A DNA stretch of 63,379 bases, counting the filler, from Asterionella formosa (taxonomy: Eukaryota): NCBI GenBank assembly GCA_002256025.1. It is 11 parts of 11 records of this genome, joined end to end, with 100 filler letters (N's around TTAATTAATTAA, not from the genome) between each part and the next. Parts side by side here need not be neighbours in the genome. Positions count along the whole stretch, not along the records: positions 1 to 24,545 come from NKIB01002229.1; 10 more parts are not named here. One strand, 5' to 3'. Below the pieces are notes generated by a model. It was given only the letters and a program-made list of their open reading frames with translations. It ran no database searches and was not told the DNA's origin. Below are positions 1 to 12,267 of the stretch, piece by piece (the stretch's first letter is position 1; every line of letters starts with the position of its first letter). The position numbers and the translations under genes were made by a program.

Positions 1-1215
1 ATCGTTGAGCATTGCATGTCTCCGTAGTGAGTCAAAATTGAGATGTGCCGCAATGGCCTTCTCCGTTTCGGAGCAGCTACAAATAGTCTACAGCGATAAC
101 TCTAGCAAGTACAATATAGAAAAAGAAGCAGAGGATGAGTAGCTGACAACAATTGAATTCGTAAATTCGTTAAGAAACAGCTGTTGTATATTTTTAATAT
201 TCAATGCATGTTGCCATAGTGAGTCAAAATTGAGATGTGCCGCAATGGCCGTGTCCTTTTCGGATCGGCTACAAATAGTCTACAGCGATAAATCTAACAA
301 GTTCAATATAGAAAAAGAAGCAGAGGATGAGTAGCTGACAACAATTGAATTCGTAAATTCGTTAAGAAACAGCTGTTGCATATTTTTAATATTCAATGCA
401 TGTCGCCATAGTGAGTCAAAATTGAGATGTGCCGCAATAGCCTTTTCCGTTTCGGAGCAGCTACAAATAGTCTACAGCGATAACTTTAGCAATCCCAATA
501 TAGAAAAAGAAGGAAAGGATGAGTAGCTGACAACAATTGAATTCGTAATTTCGTGAAGAAACAGCTGTTGCATATTTTTAATATTCAATGGCTACATGTC
601 GCCACAGTGAGTCGAAATTGAGATGTGCCGCAATAGCCTTCTACAGCAATAACTCTAACAAGTGCAATATAGAAAAATATTGAGAGGAGGAGCAACTGTC
701 AACGAATGAATTCGTAAAATTGTTTGGAAACAGCTGTTGCATATTTTAACATTCAATGCATGTCGCCGTAGTGAGTGAAAATTGAGATTTGCCGGAATGG
801 CCTTCTCCTTTTCGGAGCTGCTACAAATATTCTACAGCGATAACTCTAGCAAGTACAATATAGAAAAAGAAGGAAAGGATGAGCAGCTGTCATCGATTGA
901 ATTCGTTTATTCGTCAATTCGCTTAGGAACAGCTGTTGCATATTTTAACATTCAATGCATGTCGCCGTAGTGAGTCGAAATTGAGATGTGCCGTAATGTC
1001 CTTCTCCGGTTTGGAGCAAACAGCAATAGTCTGAAGCGATAACTTTAGCAAGCACAATATAAAAAAGAAAAAGAGGATGAGTAGCTGACAACAATTGAAT
1101 TCGTAAATTCGTTAAGAAACAGCTGTTGCATATTTTAACATTCAATGTATGTCGCCATAGTGATTCAAAATTGAGATGTGCCATAATGACATTCTCCTTT
1201 TCCGATCGGCTAGAT
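1..1215. repeat. Tandem satellite A, ~192-bp monomer, ~6.5 copies, truncated by window start
   Basis: Anchor GAGTC(A/G)AAATTGAGATGTGCC (with variants) recurs at 29, 221, 413, 609, 773, 972 and 1162 (spacings 192,192,196,164,199,190). The whole unit is conserved, not only the anchor. Confidence 0.95.
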
Positions 1216-1549
1216 TACATCTATATTGATAACTGTAGCAATAACAAATTGGTTGTAAAGGCAAGGGCCAAGGAGATGAGGACTACCAACTTCATTGAAT
1301 TCAACCACTCCATAGCTAACCTGTATTCTTCGCAATATTTCGCACTTTTTCTGCACACCACCAGTCAATGCACTCCAAAAATATTTGATGTCTGATTCAA
1401 CCAATAAAACTCATAACAGTTTAGTAGATGGATGAAATTTGGTAGAGAATAATAGCTTTGAGTTTTGGTGCGCCCCTGCTGATGTACTCATCACGGCATA
1501 CTAGCACATCCTATGGTAATAAATCAAAAATGAGAAGTGCCACAATCGC

Positions 1550-3622
1550 CATCTACACATCCTGATGCCTCCTTTGATCAATAAATGTTCACTATGAGTA
1601 TATCGACTTTCGCCTTGATGGCATTGATCTTTTGTACATCAAATACTATTCTGGATAGAAATCGGCCTTAAATTGGTGGAGAAAGATGGTTTTGAATTTT
1701 CGTTTCTACAGTATTGATCATATCAGTCCACCATCTCCGAAAAATTACAAAATTTACACATCCTGATACCTCCTTTTATGTTCGTTCTCAGAAAATCAAC
1801 ATTCGCAATGACGGCATTGATCTCCTGTACCTCGAATACTATGCTGGATAGAAATCGGCCTTAAATTTTACACACCATCCTGATGACCAATTTTATCAAT
1901 ATATGTTCACTCTGAGAATATCGACATTCGCCATGACGGCATTGATCTAGCGTAAATCGAATACTAGCTATGCCAGATAGAAATCAGCCATAAAATGGTG
2001 GAGCAAGATGGTTCGGAATTTCCGTTGCAATAGCACTGGTCATACAGCAGTCCACAGCAAGCGCCGAAAATTTACACACCTTCATGGCTGATGACCAATT
2101 CGATTTATATGTGTTCGTTCTGAGAATATCGATATTCTAAATGACGGCAGTGATCTCGTGTACATCGAATACTATGCTGGATAGAAATCGGCCTACAATA
2201 GGTGGAGACAGATGGTTTGGAATTTTTGTTTCTACTGCACTGGCTAATGATCAGTCCACAAACACAGTAAATTTACACATTCTAATGTCTCCTTTGATCA
2301 ATATATGTCCGTTCTGAGAATATCGACATTCGAAATGACAGCATTGATCTTTTGTACATTGAATACTATGTTTGATAAAAGTCGGCTTTAAATTGCTGGT
2401 TGGAGAAAGGAGTTTTGGAATTCTTGTTGCCACAGCACTGATCACAAGCATCCGAAAATTTTACTCATCCTGATGCCTCCATTGATCAATATATGTTCAC
2501 TCTGAGAATATCGACATTGTCCATGACATTTTTGATCTCCTGTACATCGAATACTTTGCTTGATAGAAATCGGTCTTAAATTGGTGGAGAAAGATGGCTG
2601 GTTTGGAATACTGGTCATGCAGCAGTCCACAAGAACCGAAATTGTACACATCATGATGACCAATTTGATCAATATATGTCGGCATTGATCTCGTGTACAT
2701 CGAATACTTTTCTAGATAGAAATCAGCCTTAAAATGGTGGAGCAAGATGCTCAGGAATTTTTGTTGCCACAGCAATTACAATCAGTCCACAAGCACCAAA
2801 ATTTTTTTATTTCACATCCTGATGAACAATTTGATCAAAATAAGTTCGTTCTTAGTATATCGACATTCATTATGACGCCATTGATGTCGTGTTCATCAAA
2901 TACTATGATTGATAAAAATTAGAATTAAATTGGTGGAGAAAGATGGTTTGGAATTTTTGTTGCCACAGCACTGATGATCAGTCCACAAGCATCCGAAAAT
3001 TTACACATCCGGAGGCCTCCTTTGATCAATATACGTTCGTTCTGAGCAAATGAACATTCGACACGACTGCATTGATTTTGTGTACATCAAATACTATGCT
3101 AGATAGAAATCTGCCTTAAATTGGTTGAGAAGGGTTGTTTGGAATTTTTGTTGCTACTGCACTAATGATCAAGCCACAAGTACCGAAAATTTACACACCA
3201 TCCTGATGAGCAATTTGATGAATGTATGTTCGTTCTGAGCGAGCATATCGACATTCGAAATATCGGCATTGATATCTCGTGTAAATCGAATATTATGCTA
3301 GATAGAAATTGACAACGAATTGGTAGAGAAAGATGAATTGGAAGTTTGGTTGTTAAAGCAGTGGTCATAAGTCCACAGCAGACACCAAAAGCAAAATTAC
3401 AAGTCCTGATGACTCCTTTGGACAATATACGTTCGTTCTGAGCATATCGACATAAGACAAGAAGCCTTTGATTTCGGGTTCATCAAATAATATATTAGAT
3501 AGAAATTGGCATCAAATTGGTTGAGAAAGAAATGAATTGGAATTTAGGTTGCTACAGCACTGGTCATCAGTCCACAGCAAGCACCGAAAATTTTACGCAT
3601 CCTGATGACGAATTTGATCAAT
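1550..3622. repeat. Tandem satellite B, ~190-bp diverged monomer, ~12 copies
   Basis: Anchor TTTACACATCCTGATG (with variants) recurs near 1552, 1753, 1868, 2071, 2272, 2460, 2642, 2810, 3000, 3190, 3396 and 3592. Internal blocks GAGAATATCGACATTCG and GATAGAAATCGGCCTTAAATTGGTGGAGAAAGATGG are shared. Confidence 0.93.
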
Positions 3623-4979
3623 ACTGACTAAGCATAGACTGCGCCAGCTTTTTCTGAAGTACAATGTACACAAATTTAGTAGAAAATGAATGTTGGCGAG
3701 GAGGACCGTCCGCGAAAGTTTTCTTAACGAAAAGCAGCTGCTGGAATGAAAGGAACAAAATATCACATTCATGGTAAAATGAAATTATTGTTATTGTTGT
3801 CTTTTTTGTCGTCTTTTCTGCTATCATGGTTGTGTTTCTCGTTGTCGTTATCGCTGTCCCTGCTGTTTCTGCTGTCATTTTTCTTGTTCTTATTCTATTG
3901 TTCTTTCGTTGTGGTTACTGTGGCTGTATACCCTTCTCTTCCTTGGTGTTCCTCGCCCTGCGTTTGAACTTGAACATGCATTGTTTGATATGAAATGTAA
4001 AAAGGTCTTGTTTGTTAAAAACCAGCCATCATCTGACTCTGTGAATCTTGTTCTTCGCTTTCAGATAACAAGAAGGACTCTGTTGTGGGCCGGTTCCTCT
4101 GGAAGAAACAGGCAGGCATTTTTTCTTTCTCCTTGCTTGTCATCACAGAAAGGATGCATCTGAAAGTTCGAGAAATTATGGTAAGCAGTTAATATTTTGG
4201 GAAATGGAAACAGGTCTTTTGCCACATTGCTGTTGTTCTTTTGTTGTTGCTCTGCACCATCACTCGTTTTCTTCGTCTTGTGTTCGGAAGTATGTTTGAT
4301 TGCTGTTGTAGTTCCCTTACCTCCATCTCGTTCTTCCTCTTACTTGTGCCGTTTGGAATTGGAAAAGTGGCCAGTCATGAACATACTCTGCGAACCTTGT
4401 TCTTTTTCTACAGACAATCAATCTGTTTTTGGCAGGGCAGGGTTGAACCTTGGGAATAATGAAATGCGTCGTGCTCTGCCTGTGTCAGGATGGCTATCCT
4501 GTGTCAGGCAGGCTATCAATTCTTTGTTATTCGCATTGTTGAAAGGATTCCTCTGGTGCATAGGGGACAAATGTATACATGGTAAGGAAGTGCAATGTAT
4601 TCTTGCCTTCTGCTGATATTGTTTGCTGTTGCTTATTGTGGGCAGATCTCCTCTCCTCTCCTCTCCTCTCCTATTCTCCTTTGTCTTTGTTCGGAATTGT
4701 TCTTAGCGCAGGCATTGCCTATTTGTAATGAATTAGAAGAAGGGCTTGATTGTGTGCTTGTTAATTGTTGATCACGAACTTACTCTGCAAACGCTGTTCT
4801 TTGTATACAGACAATCAATCTGTTGAGCAAGGGATTTGTTGGAAATCAGGTGGCATGGTAAGCACAACAAGAACGATGCCTTTGTAACAATTGTTTGTCC
4901 ATGAACTCACTCTGCGACCGTTGTTTACTGATTGCAGACAATTAATTTGATGAGGGCTGGGTTGGACATTGGGAACATG

Positions 4980-5272
4980 GTAAGGAGCACCCAGAACCGA
5001 AATCACGGCTTCGCAACTTTTGCTTTCTCATCAACTCACTCTGCAAATGCTGTTGCCCTCTTGTCTCTACAACAGACAATCAATCTGAGCAATGAGAATG
5101 AGCAGCCGGCTCATTTGCTATGAATTGATCTACCGATAGTAGCAACAGGGACTCCTGCAAGTATGAGTAGCCAGGCAATCTTGTGAGTCGTTACAGCATC
5201 CAGCTGCAAGAATGATCATCCATTGCTTGTCGTATTGGTTTGAGAATCACGTTCTATAGAAAGTATCAATAT
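4980..5272. repeat. Dispersed repeat; inverted copy at 60322-60718
   Basis: Long near-identical reverse-complement match (e.g. AATGAGAATGAGCAGCCGGCTCATTTGCTATGAATTGATCTACCGATAGTAGCAACAGGGACTCCTGCAAGTATGAGTAGCCAGGCAATCTTG). Confidence 0.92.
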
Positions 5273-6250
5273 CGACTATATAGCGAAGCGATTAATTTGA
5301 TTGATTTTGCGACTGTAGCTAGAATTCAATTTAAACGTTGATTGGTTAAACATAATTATTTGTTTGACTAGCATTTATTATTTGTTTTACCTTGAGGTAT
5401 TAATGTGATCAAATTAAAGATAAAATGGGAGCGAACAAACAGAATTAATGGTAGTCAGAGTGAAGAATATTTGTGAACGGAAATGTTGCGAATTGCAGAG
5501 AAAAGTACTGTATTATAGAGATTATATTACTGAATCAATTTTTCTTTGTGTCGCCAGAAAATATTGTCAGTTGGCCCCAAAAATTATGTGGGTTTTAAAA
5601 TAATTATGGAAGTTGTCGAAACCATTTTAGTTCACTCCGTTCACATACTATATTGTATCATGCATCATATTTTTTATGTGATGTCATACCCTTAAATCAT
5701 GTACGTAGCTAAATTTGTCATATTGGGCCACCCAAATAATTAATTAGGGTGATCATATTTGACTAGCGTTTTTTTGTGGCAGCTGTACCAGTAATCGGCG
5801 TTGTAGATGTGTTAGACATTCAATTCTCAACAGACAACTCAACTCCACACTCACTTATTAGAACAATCGTGAATATTCAATGCTATCTGCATTGCATATA
5901 TACCTTTCCTTCATTTAAATATTCATTACTTAGAACATTCTCCATTCGAATATTTACCTGGGTTTGCTGATATAGTTCCTGGCAATCAATGCTGTTCAAA
6001 TTCTCACAGCATTTCAATACGGGATTTTGGCTGGAATATTATTCAAGATTGATTAGTTCGACTGAACAAATATGCACGCAGAACTAAATCTTGACAAAGG
6101 CGCACGAAGCACCAGTCTGTAGTCTGCAATATATTTTATTTCATCTGGAAGATTGCGAAATAATTCACCCCTTTTTATGTATTCCTTGTGTCATTCCTTT
6201 CTACAGTTTAGAGCGAAGCCCCCACCTTCTTCCGCTTATCTAACAAGAAG

Positions 6251-7075
6251 ATGCGACTTAAAGGGTTGAAACGACCAAATTGCCAAATAATGAGGCAGTA
6301 CTCCAACGACCTCTCCTTCCATTGGGCACGCGCCAATCCACATGTGGCTCGAAAGGCGCTAGAACAGCCCGCTTTCACGAATGATAGCCCTTCGCTGGCT
6401 ATTTCATATGAATGCTTTTGGAAAGAACGGAAATGGAATCTACCAAATCAGTACGCAGAACATTTAGTGACTCATGTTTTGACGCATCCATTGACATTGG
6501 CGCACTATATTCGCAAGATGATGCACTTTTCCTCCATGAAATCGATGCACTGGTGTTGTGTTGGTGCACGGAACGAGTCCACCTTACCTCACCAGTACTG
6601 GAAAGAGCTGTTGGTGAGCTTGCCACGATTCTCCTCGCTGACCCTAGAGTTTCTTGGGCCAGAAATGTCACCACAGTTGCCACAAACATTAACACTTAAC
6701 GGGTCAACTCTTTATCTGTTGTGGTCCCAACAAAAAGTATTTCATCAAGCTGAATTGAAGTCATCCTGGAGCGCTTATGTACTGTTTAATCCTGGACTGG
6801 GTCATCCAAATCTCAAAAGAAGTTGGGATCGATCGTTAGACATTTTGATCAAACAAGAAAGGCCTGTGTTGCTCACGGCTCATTCGAAACTTGACGCCGA
6901 CCGAGATACCAAGGTGCTGCAAGAACGACTCAGTACATCAATACTATACACTGAAAATCCCTTTGCTTCGCGTATTCGATTCAATGATCCAATATCGAAT
7001 GAGGAGCATTTGGTGTCATCGAATCAATATGCTTGTTTGATAGACTTTTCAACCTCAATTCCTCCTGCAATGTAG
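6251..7075 (+). CDS. MSS51 C-terminal-domain-like protein (274 aa)
   Basis: Motifs CVGARNESTLP..WKEL, LEFLGPE, FNPGLGHP..SW, LLTAHS..D..RD and ENPFAS match the MSS51/MYND-associated C-terminal domain. Confidence 0.7.
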   Translation: MRLKGLKRPNCQIMRQYSNDLSFHWARANPHVARKALEQPAFTNDSPSLAISYECFWKERKWNLPNQYAEHLVTHVLTHPLTLAHYIRKMMHFSSMKSMHWCCVGARNESTLPHQYWKELLVSLPRFSSLTLEFLGPEMSPQLPQTLTLNGSTLYLLWSQQKVFHQAELKSSWSAYVLFNPGLGHPNLKRSWDRSLDILIKQERPVLLTAHSKLDADRDTKVLQERLSTSILYTENPFASRIRFNDPISNEEHLVSSNQYACLIDFSTSIPPAM

Positions 7076-7306
7076 CCCATGATCCAGTACAAGCCATCGC
7101 CATACTTTCTGGACCTATTAGCACCGCAGCACAACACTAAATAATTCTTGTCTCTAGCTTTTCAAGTCTAATTGTATACAAGACCAAATAAATGAGAATT
7201 TTATGACAGCAAATTAATGTCTGACGCTAAACGCACATGACATGTGTAATGCTGGTTTGGTGTGAATGCACAAAAGACCAACCTTTCGTATGCATGGTGT
7301 TAGCTA

Positions 7307-8563
7307 TTACTCGGAGGCTCGAGTAGTACGGAAGCTTCGGAGTCCATGACAACCGACAGCAGTGGAGGCTCCATCCCTTTCCGCTCTGGTAGACTTTCGT
7401 TTGAACAACGACATGATCCGGCTTTTTTTGGGGTTCAACTTCGTCAGAATTCTTTCATCCTTCTTCCCAACAAACTTTTCTTCCTCAGGATTCACGATTT
7501 TTTCAGCCTCGGGACGTTTGACTTGTTGTTCTTCAAAAACAATGTTATTTCCTTCTTCAGGAAGAGGCAAAACGAGATTTTCATCGTCTTCATTCGTGAC
7601 AGGTGCATTTTCGCTCACAACTGCTTTGAAGCGCACGGCTTTCCCTTCAACCTGACCCTGTTGAGGGAGCGGTTGCCCAAGGGCTTCACGTACTTCTGTT
7701 ACATCGTGAACATCTCTAGAGGGGCTAAAGAAGTAGTTCGCAAAGGAGAGATTTCGACTGCGGAGCACTAGCTCCACTGACATTTCTTCCTCAAATGGAG
7801 CATCGTCCTCTGGAAATTCGCGATGGTATCGATAATAACCTTTTCTTGACTCTTCATCGTGGCGGTCGTCATCGAGCCAGTCACCTTCTTCGTATAGCTC
7901 GTCAATAAATGTTACATATTCAAGGTCGTCTTCTATCGCGGAGAATTCACTGGAGGAAGATCGTGTAGTTTCGACCCCCTGCGATTCCCCATCGCTGAAC
8001 GAGGCAACTGTCGAATCCTCTGTCATCTCTTCATCACTAACGGTCGCGGTTGAATTTTCCGTTGAATCTTCGTCATCAGCAGTGAGGTGGTCTGCAAACG
8101 TGGACCCCATGAACACTAGCTCAACGGCTATTTGATCCTCGTTTGTGGAAACAGTCTCCTTCAGGTGAAGTGAGTTATAGTCCTCTCGGCGTTGAGACAT
8201 TTCTGAAATCAAGTCTTCATCTTCACTGTTTTCATCTTCACTGCTTTCATCTTCACTGTTTTCATCTTCACTGTTTTCATCTTCACTGCTTTCATCTTCG
8301 CTGCTTTCATCTTCACTGCTTTCATCTTCACTGCTTTCATCTTCACTGCTTTCATCTTCACTGCATTCATTTTCACTGCATTCACCTTCACTGCATTCAC
8401 CTACACTGCATTCATCTTCACTGTATTCATTGGTCATAAGCCAACAAGCGGTATCAGCTTGCATTTTTAGGTATTGCTTTCTGTTATTTTGAAGTCTCGA
8501 CAAATTTGTTGGGAGAGGTGTCGGTATTGTGTATAACGATGTTATCTTATTAAACATCTCCAT
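7307..8563 (-). CDS. Acidic low-complexity protein with [C/S/N]SEDE repeats and a basic C-terminus; start uncertain
   Basis: 418-codon open frame, very D/E/S rich, with 14 pentapeptide repeats and a KKSRIMSLFKRK tail. Confidence 0.7.
   Translation of the reverse strand: MEMFNKITSLYTIPTPLPTNLSRLQNNRKQYLKMQADTACWLMTNEYSEDECSVGECSEGECSENECSEDESSEDESSEDESSEDESSEDESSEDENSEDENSEDESSEDENSEDEDLISEMSQRREDYNSLHLKETVSTNEDQIAVELVFMGSTFADHLTADDEDSTENSTATVSDEEMTEDSTVASFSDGESQGVETTRSSSSEFSAIEDDLEYVTFIDELYEEGDWLDDDRHDEESRKGYYRYHREFPEDDAPFEEEMSVELVLRSRNLSFANYFFSPSRDVHDVTEVREALGQPLPQQGQVEGKAVRFKAVVSENAPVTNEDDENLVLPLPEEGNNIVFEEQQVKRPEAEKIVNPEEEKFVGKKDERILTKLNPKKSRIMSLFKRKSTRAERDGASTAVGCHGLRSFRTTRASE
8216..8425 (-). 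repeat. 15-bp coding minisatellite (14 units)
   Basis: Plus-strand unit TTCATCTTCACTG(C/T)T encodes xSEDE on the minus strand. Confidence 0.95.
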
Positions 8564-11500
8564 CTACGCTTCAAAAGTCATACAGGGTCGCGAGCCACTG
8601 CTCCCTTGCAGTAACTTTACGCAGACACAACGGAAACCGCAACGGACGATATGATGCCATACCAAAAGCGTTTGCTTGTTTTTCTTTTGCGTCAAGCTGT
8701 ATATGAAAATTGGATGTGCACACGCTACCAGGTACTCCGTACTGCTTAGGATTTTGTTATGAATTTACCGTACATATCCCCGGCAGTCAACAATGCAGTC
8801 AGCTGGCAAATGGTATGTGTAAAGTAATTGTGTCTGTCGTATGTAGGAGGGAAGGGGGATTCATCGCCAAACCCATTTAACTGTACATACTTATATGTAG
8901 GTGACTCTTGTTTACGCACCGGCAATCTGGTGTCCAACTGTTCCGACAACAGCCTTCCACAAGTGCGAACGGTAAATTTGATGCGTCGGCTGGGCGTGAC
9001 TGGCAGTTCGGCCTTAACAAATGATACAGTATACCAACGGAAATTTGATGCTAAAATTTTCAAGTATTATTATGTGTATCTTCAAACATAAAAAAATCAA
9101 CTTCGATGCTGCTTGATGACAAAACATCAAATCACATTGATTTATACACCTTACCATTACTGTTCAGCCACTACATTTAATATAGAAAAATAATATACAA
9201 GGCCCTTGCAGCTTTGCCTAACAGGACTCTCTCTTCTACTTCACCTTGGAGTAGGACAAAATAGACTAGAGAATGGTGGCACAATCAGCTGTCTTGCTGT
9301 CAGCTCAGATTTGCTCCACTGATTTCTTGGCATGTGGTTGCTGCAGAAATTTGTCTACCCACTACCGGTAATAAAGCTGAATATTTGGGTGGCAAATACA
9401 CACCAGCTGTGCAGACAGATGCATTTTTGGTCAGCATCTGCAAATAAACACCATCATATTCCTATGATGCATCATAGCTAAGATCATGATCATCTGATCA
9501 TCTAATAATTTTGATAGATGCCCTGGTAATTTAGTGCATGTTATAATGTCAAACTTCATAGTACAATGCAGTATATGATTCCCAATCAACATTGAATGTT
9601 GGATAAGATGATTATGTGATTTTACAATAGGGTTACTTCGATACAAATATCACTATGATATGATATTTATTATTAAATAATGTTTATCACATAACTATTA
9701 TACATTGATCTTTAAACTATTATGATTTATTAGATGTTTACGATATATTTCTAATCAAAATATGATCATGTTAAAATAATACAATCATAATGAAATACAA
9801 TAAAATATGTACACAAGTGTTATCAATATATCATAGAAAAAAATGATCAATCATAAAGTATATTTTCTAATATAAATATTCGAGTTTAAATGTATACGCA
9901 CAGTAAAAAAAATTGATATGAGAGTTATATCGTTAACAGGATCTAAGTATATTGATGCATTTATATATACTACATCACCATAATATATATGATTTGTGAT
10001 ATGGATTGATGCATATCACATATCCTCCACAGCCAGCCATGACGTGCATTGTTGTGTCGTTTCTCCTTGTTATATATATATATATATTTATATATAGTTT
10101 TGTGTAAACACTACGCTGGCGCAACATGCATAATACACTGTGCTCTGTTCGACAATTACTACACTCAGTTACCATCACACCAGTTGCACCACCACAAGCA
10201 CCGCAAAAGCTCCACATTTCCCTCCCACTGTTTTACATCATACAACTTTCCAAATGGTATTTCATGGATTTCATGGAAAGGATCTGTCAAACAAGAAACA
10301 TGACTTACTTCTGTCATTTACACGACACGACTTTATGTTTTCGGAAAAGAAGATGAAGAAACATATGAAATCAATCGAAGATTCCTTTGAATACACTCAA
10401 AGATCAGATGAATTCGAATAGAATTCATAATACTCCAGAAAAAAAAATTAAGTATGCCGATAAAATAGTGACAGAGTTTGAAAAGAAGGAAAGATTGCTT
10501 TCAAAGAGCAAGGAAACCTAAACAGTTGTTCTTGGCGGATGAAGAGTCTATTCCTACAGAGTCACCGACCCATTCAGTGTCGTATTTTGCTTATTCTCCT
10601 GACATCGCTGATAATGATGAAGAACTCAGTGATTCTCATTCATTTGATGAACAAGTTCATGCGATGAATGAAAATACCGGCGGAAATGTGGGAAACATCA
10701 CTTCTGAAGTAGAAATGGTTGAAAAGTTGCACAACCAAGAAATATGTATCTCTCTATTTTTCCAGAACATCATGAAAGCAGAGAAACTATTGCATTTCTG
10801 AAAGAAAAGATATTCAAGAAAAATTCTGCGCTAGATCAAGACCTCGAATTCAAGAAGATCAATGCAGACAGAGATGGGCTGTGATACTGGCTACTAAGGC
10901 AGTTAGTTGATGCACTGAGTCAGGAACGAAGTTTGAAGCAGAAAATTGAATCTTTTTCCAAATCATTCATGGAATAAAATGATTAGGAGTTCTTTGTAAA
11001 ATCATCGAGAACAATCCCGAAGGCAGCTAGCTACTTTTGTGAAGAGTCGGCATTTGAAATGTGTAGAGTTATTATGCCAAAGCAAACGGCATTTTCCTTG
11101 AGTTTGATCATAGTTTTGTTACAAAAACTATCATATATGTGAAAATCTCCTGTGCCAATTAGAGTAAGATACCCTTGATCCTGTACACATGATTCCTTTT
11201 ATTTGCAGACATTCATCGTGCAGCCCAGCAGGCAACAAGACCCTGCTTGAGGCAAGGATCATGAGGGTTGAACCCAGACATTGCTTCTCAATTTTTTGTG
11301 TTGAAATCAAACCTCATAGGCTTTTATTAAAGATGAGAAGAACATGATTACCAATAAGCAATTTCCTATCTGATGATGCTACATGCTACTCTCAGTTGTA
11401 GCAACATCCTGCTCCTACTAGCACTACCAGCACCACATTTAGACATAGTATGCAAATGGGGAGGAAGAAAAGCTATTGAATCATAGACTTTTTTAGTATA

Positions 11501-11617
11501 TGTAAAAAATGCATCTGCTGGTTCAGCTTTTTGAAAAAATGCTTTGATGAAAATTTTGCCTTATAGTATGACAATACAATGACTGGCTGCAGATCCATAA
11601 CCTTATGCAGATCATCT

Positions 11618-11695
11618 TTGTTCTTGTTCTTGTTCTTGTTCTTGTCCTTGTCCTTGTCCTTGTCCTTGTCCTTGTCCTTGTCCTTGTCCTTGTCC
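11618..11695. repeat. Compound hexanucleotide microsatellite (TTGTTC)4(TTGTCC)9
   Basis: Read directly from the sequence. Confidence 0.95.
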
Positions 11696-12267
11696 TTAAC
11701 CTTGCCCATGCCCTTGCTGTGTCATCATTGGCGCATCTTACATCTTGTCATCAGCTGCTGTTTGAACATGCACAAATATATGTTATAAAACTTCTTGCAT
11801 TACACATTGTTTGAATGTTAGCTAGTATCATACTCCTGCTTGCCTGAAATCTGAGATTCCACAGTTGCCTTCATCCCTCCCATGATGGATTTAATTGATT
11901 TCAGATTAAGATGTCACAAGAAACATTTTAATTTGCAACTGCTACCATTTTTATGATCCTGCAGCCATATAACAACACACTTGTGTCGACAAAGATGATG
12001 ATGGCATGGCGGGAGTAGGTGCGACTTGACTCGACTCACTCGACCCGACTCTGCCCTCCAACTGGACCTTGCAGCCGTCGGAAATACTTTCCTCCGGAGT
12101 ACCGGTATGTGCAGAGCCCACCAGTATACGGTACCAGGTACATATCATAGGGCGGATCATCACGATCTGTCGATACCGGTACAACAAGATCAAGGGTACA
12201 AATCACTCAAATCGAGAAACTGAATCCACCACAACAAGTGCTCACTCTGAATCACCAACCCAAAGAA

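Noticed and set aside
1..3622. CRISPR-like array
   Set aside because: Whole monomers repeat; there are no unique spacers and no cas genes, and the context is eukaryotic.
8143..8439. HLHCF and MKAVK repeat ORFs
   Set aside because: Alternate-frame shadows of the SEDE minisatellite.
10340..11130. Protein-coding gene
   Set aside because: Several short broken frames with no recognisable motif; probably a decayed repeat.
11473..11814. KD, LS and VL dipeptide ORFs
   Set aside because: Translations of the hexamer microsatellite.
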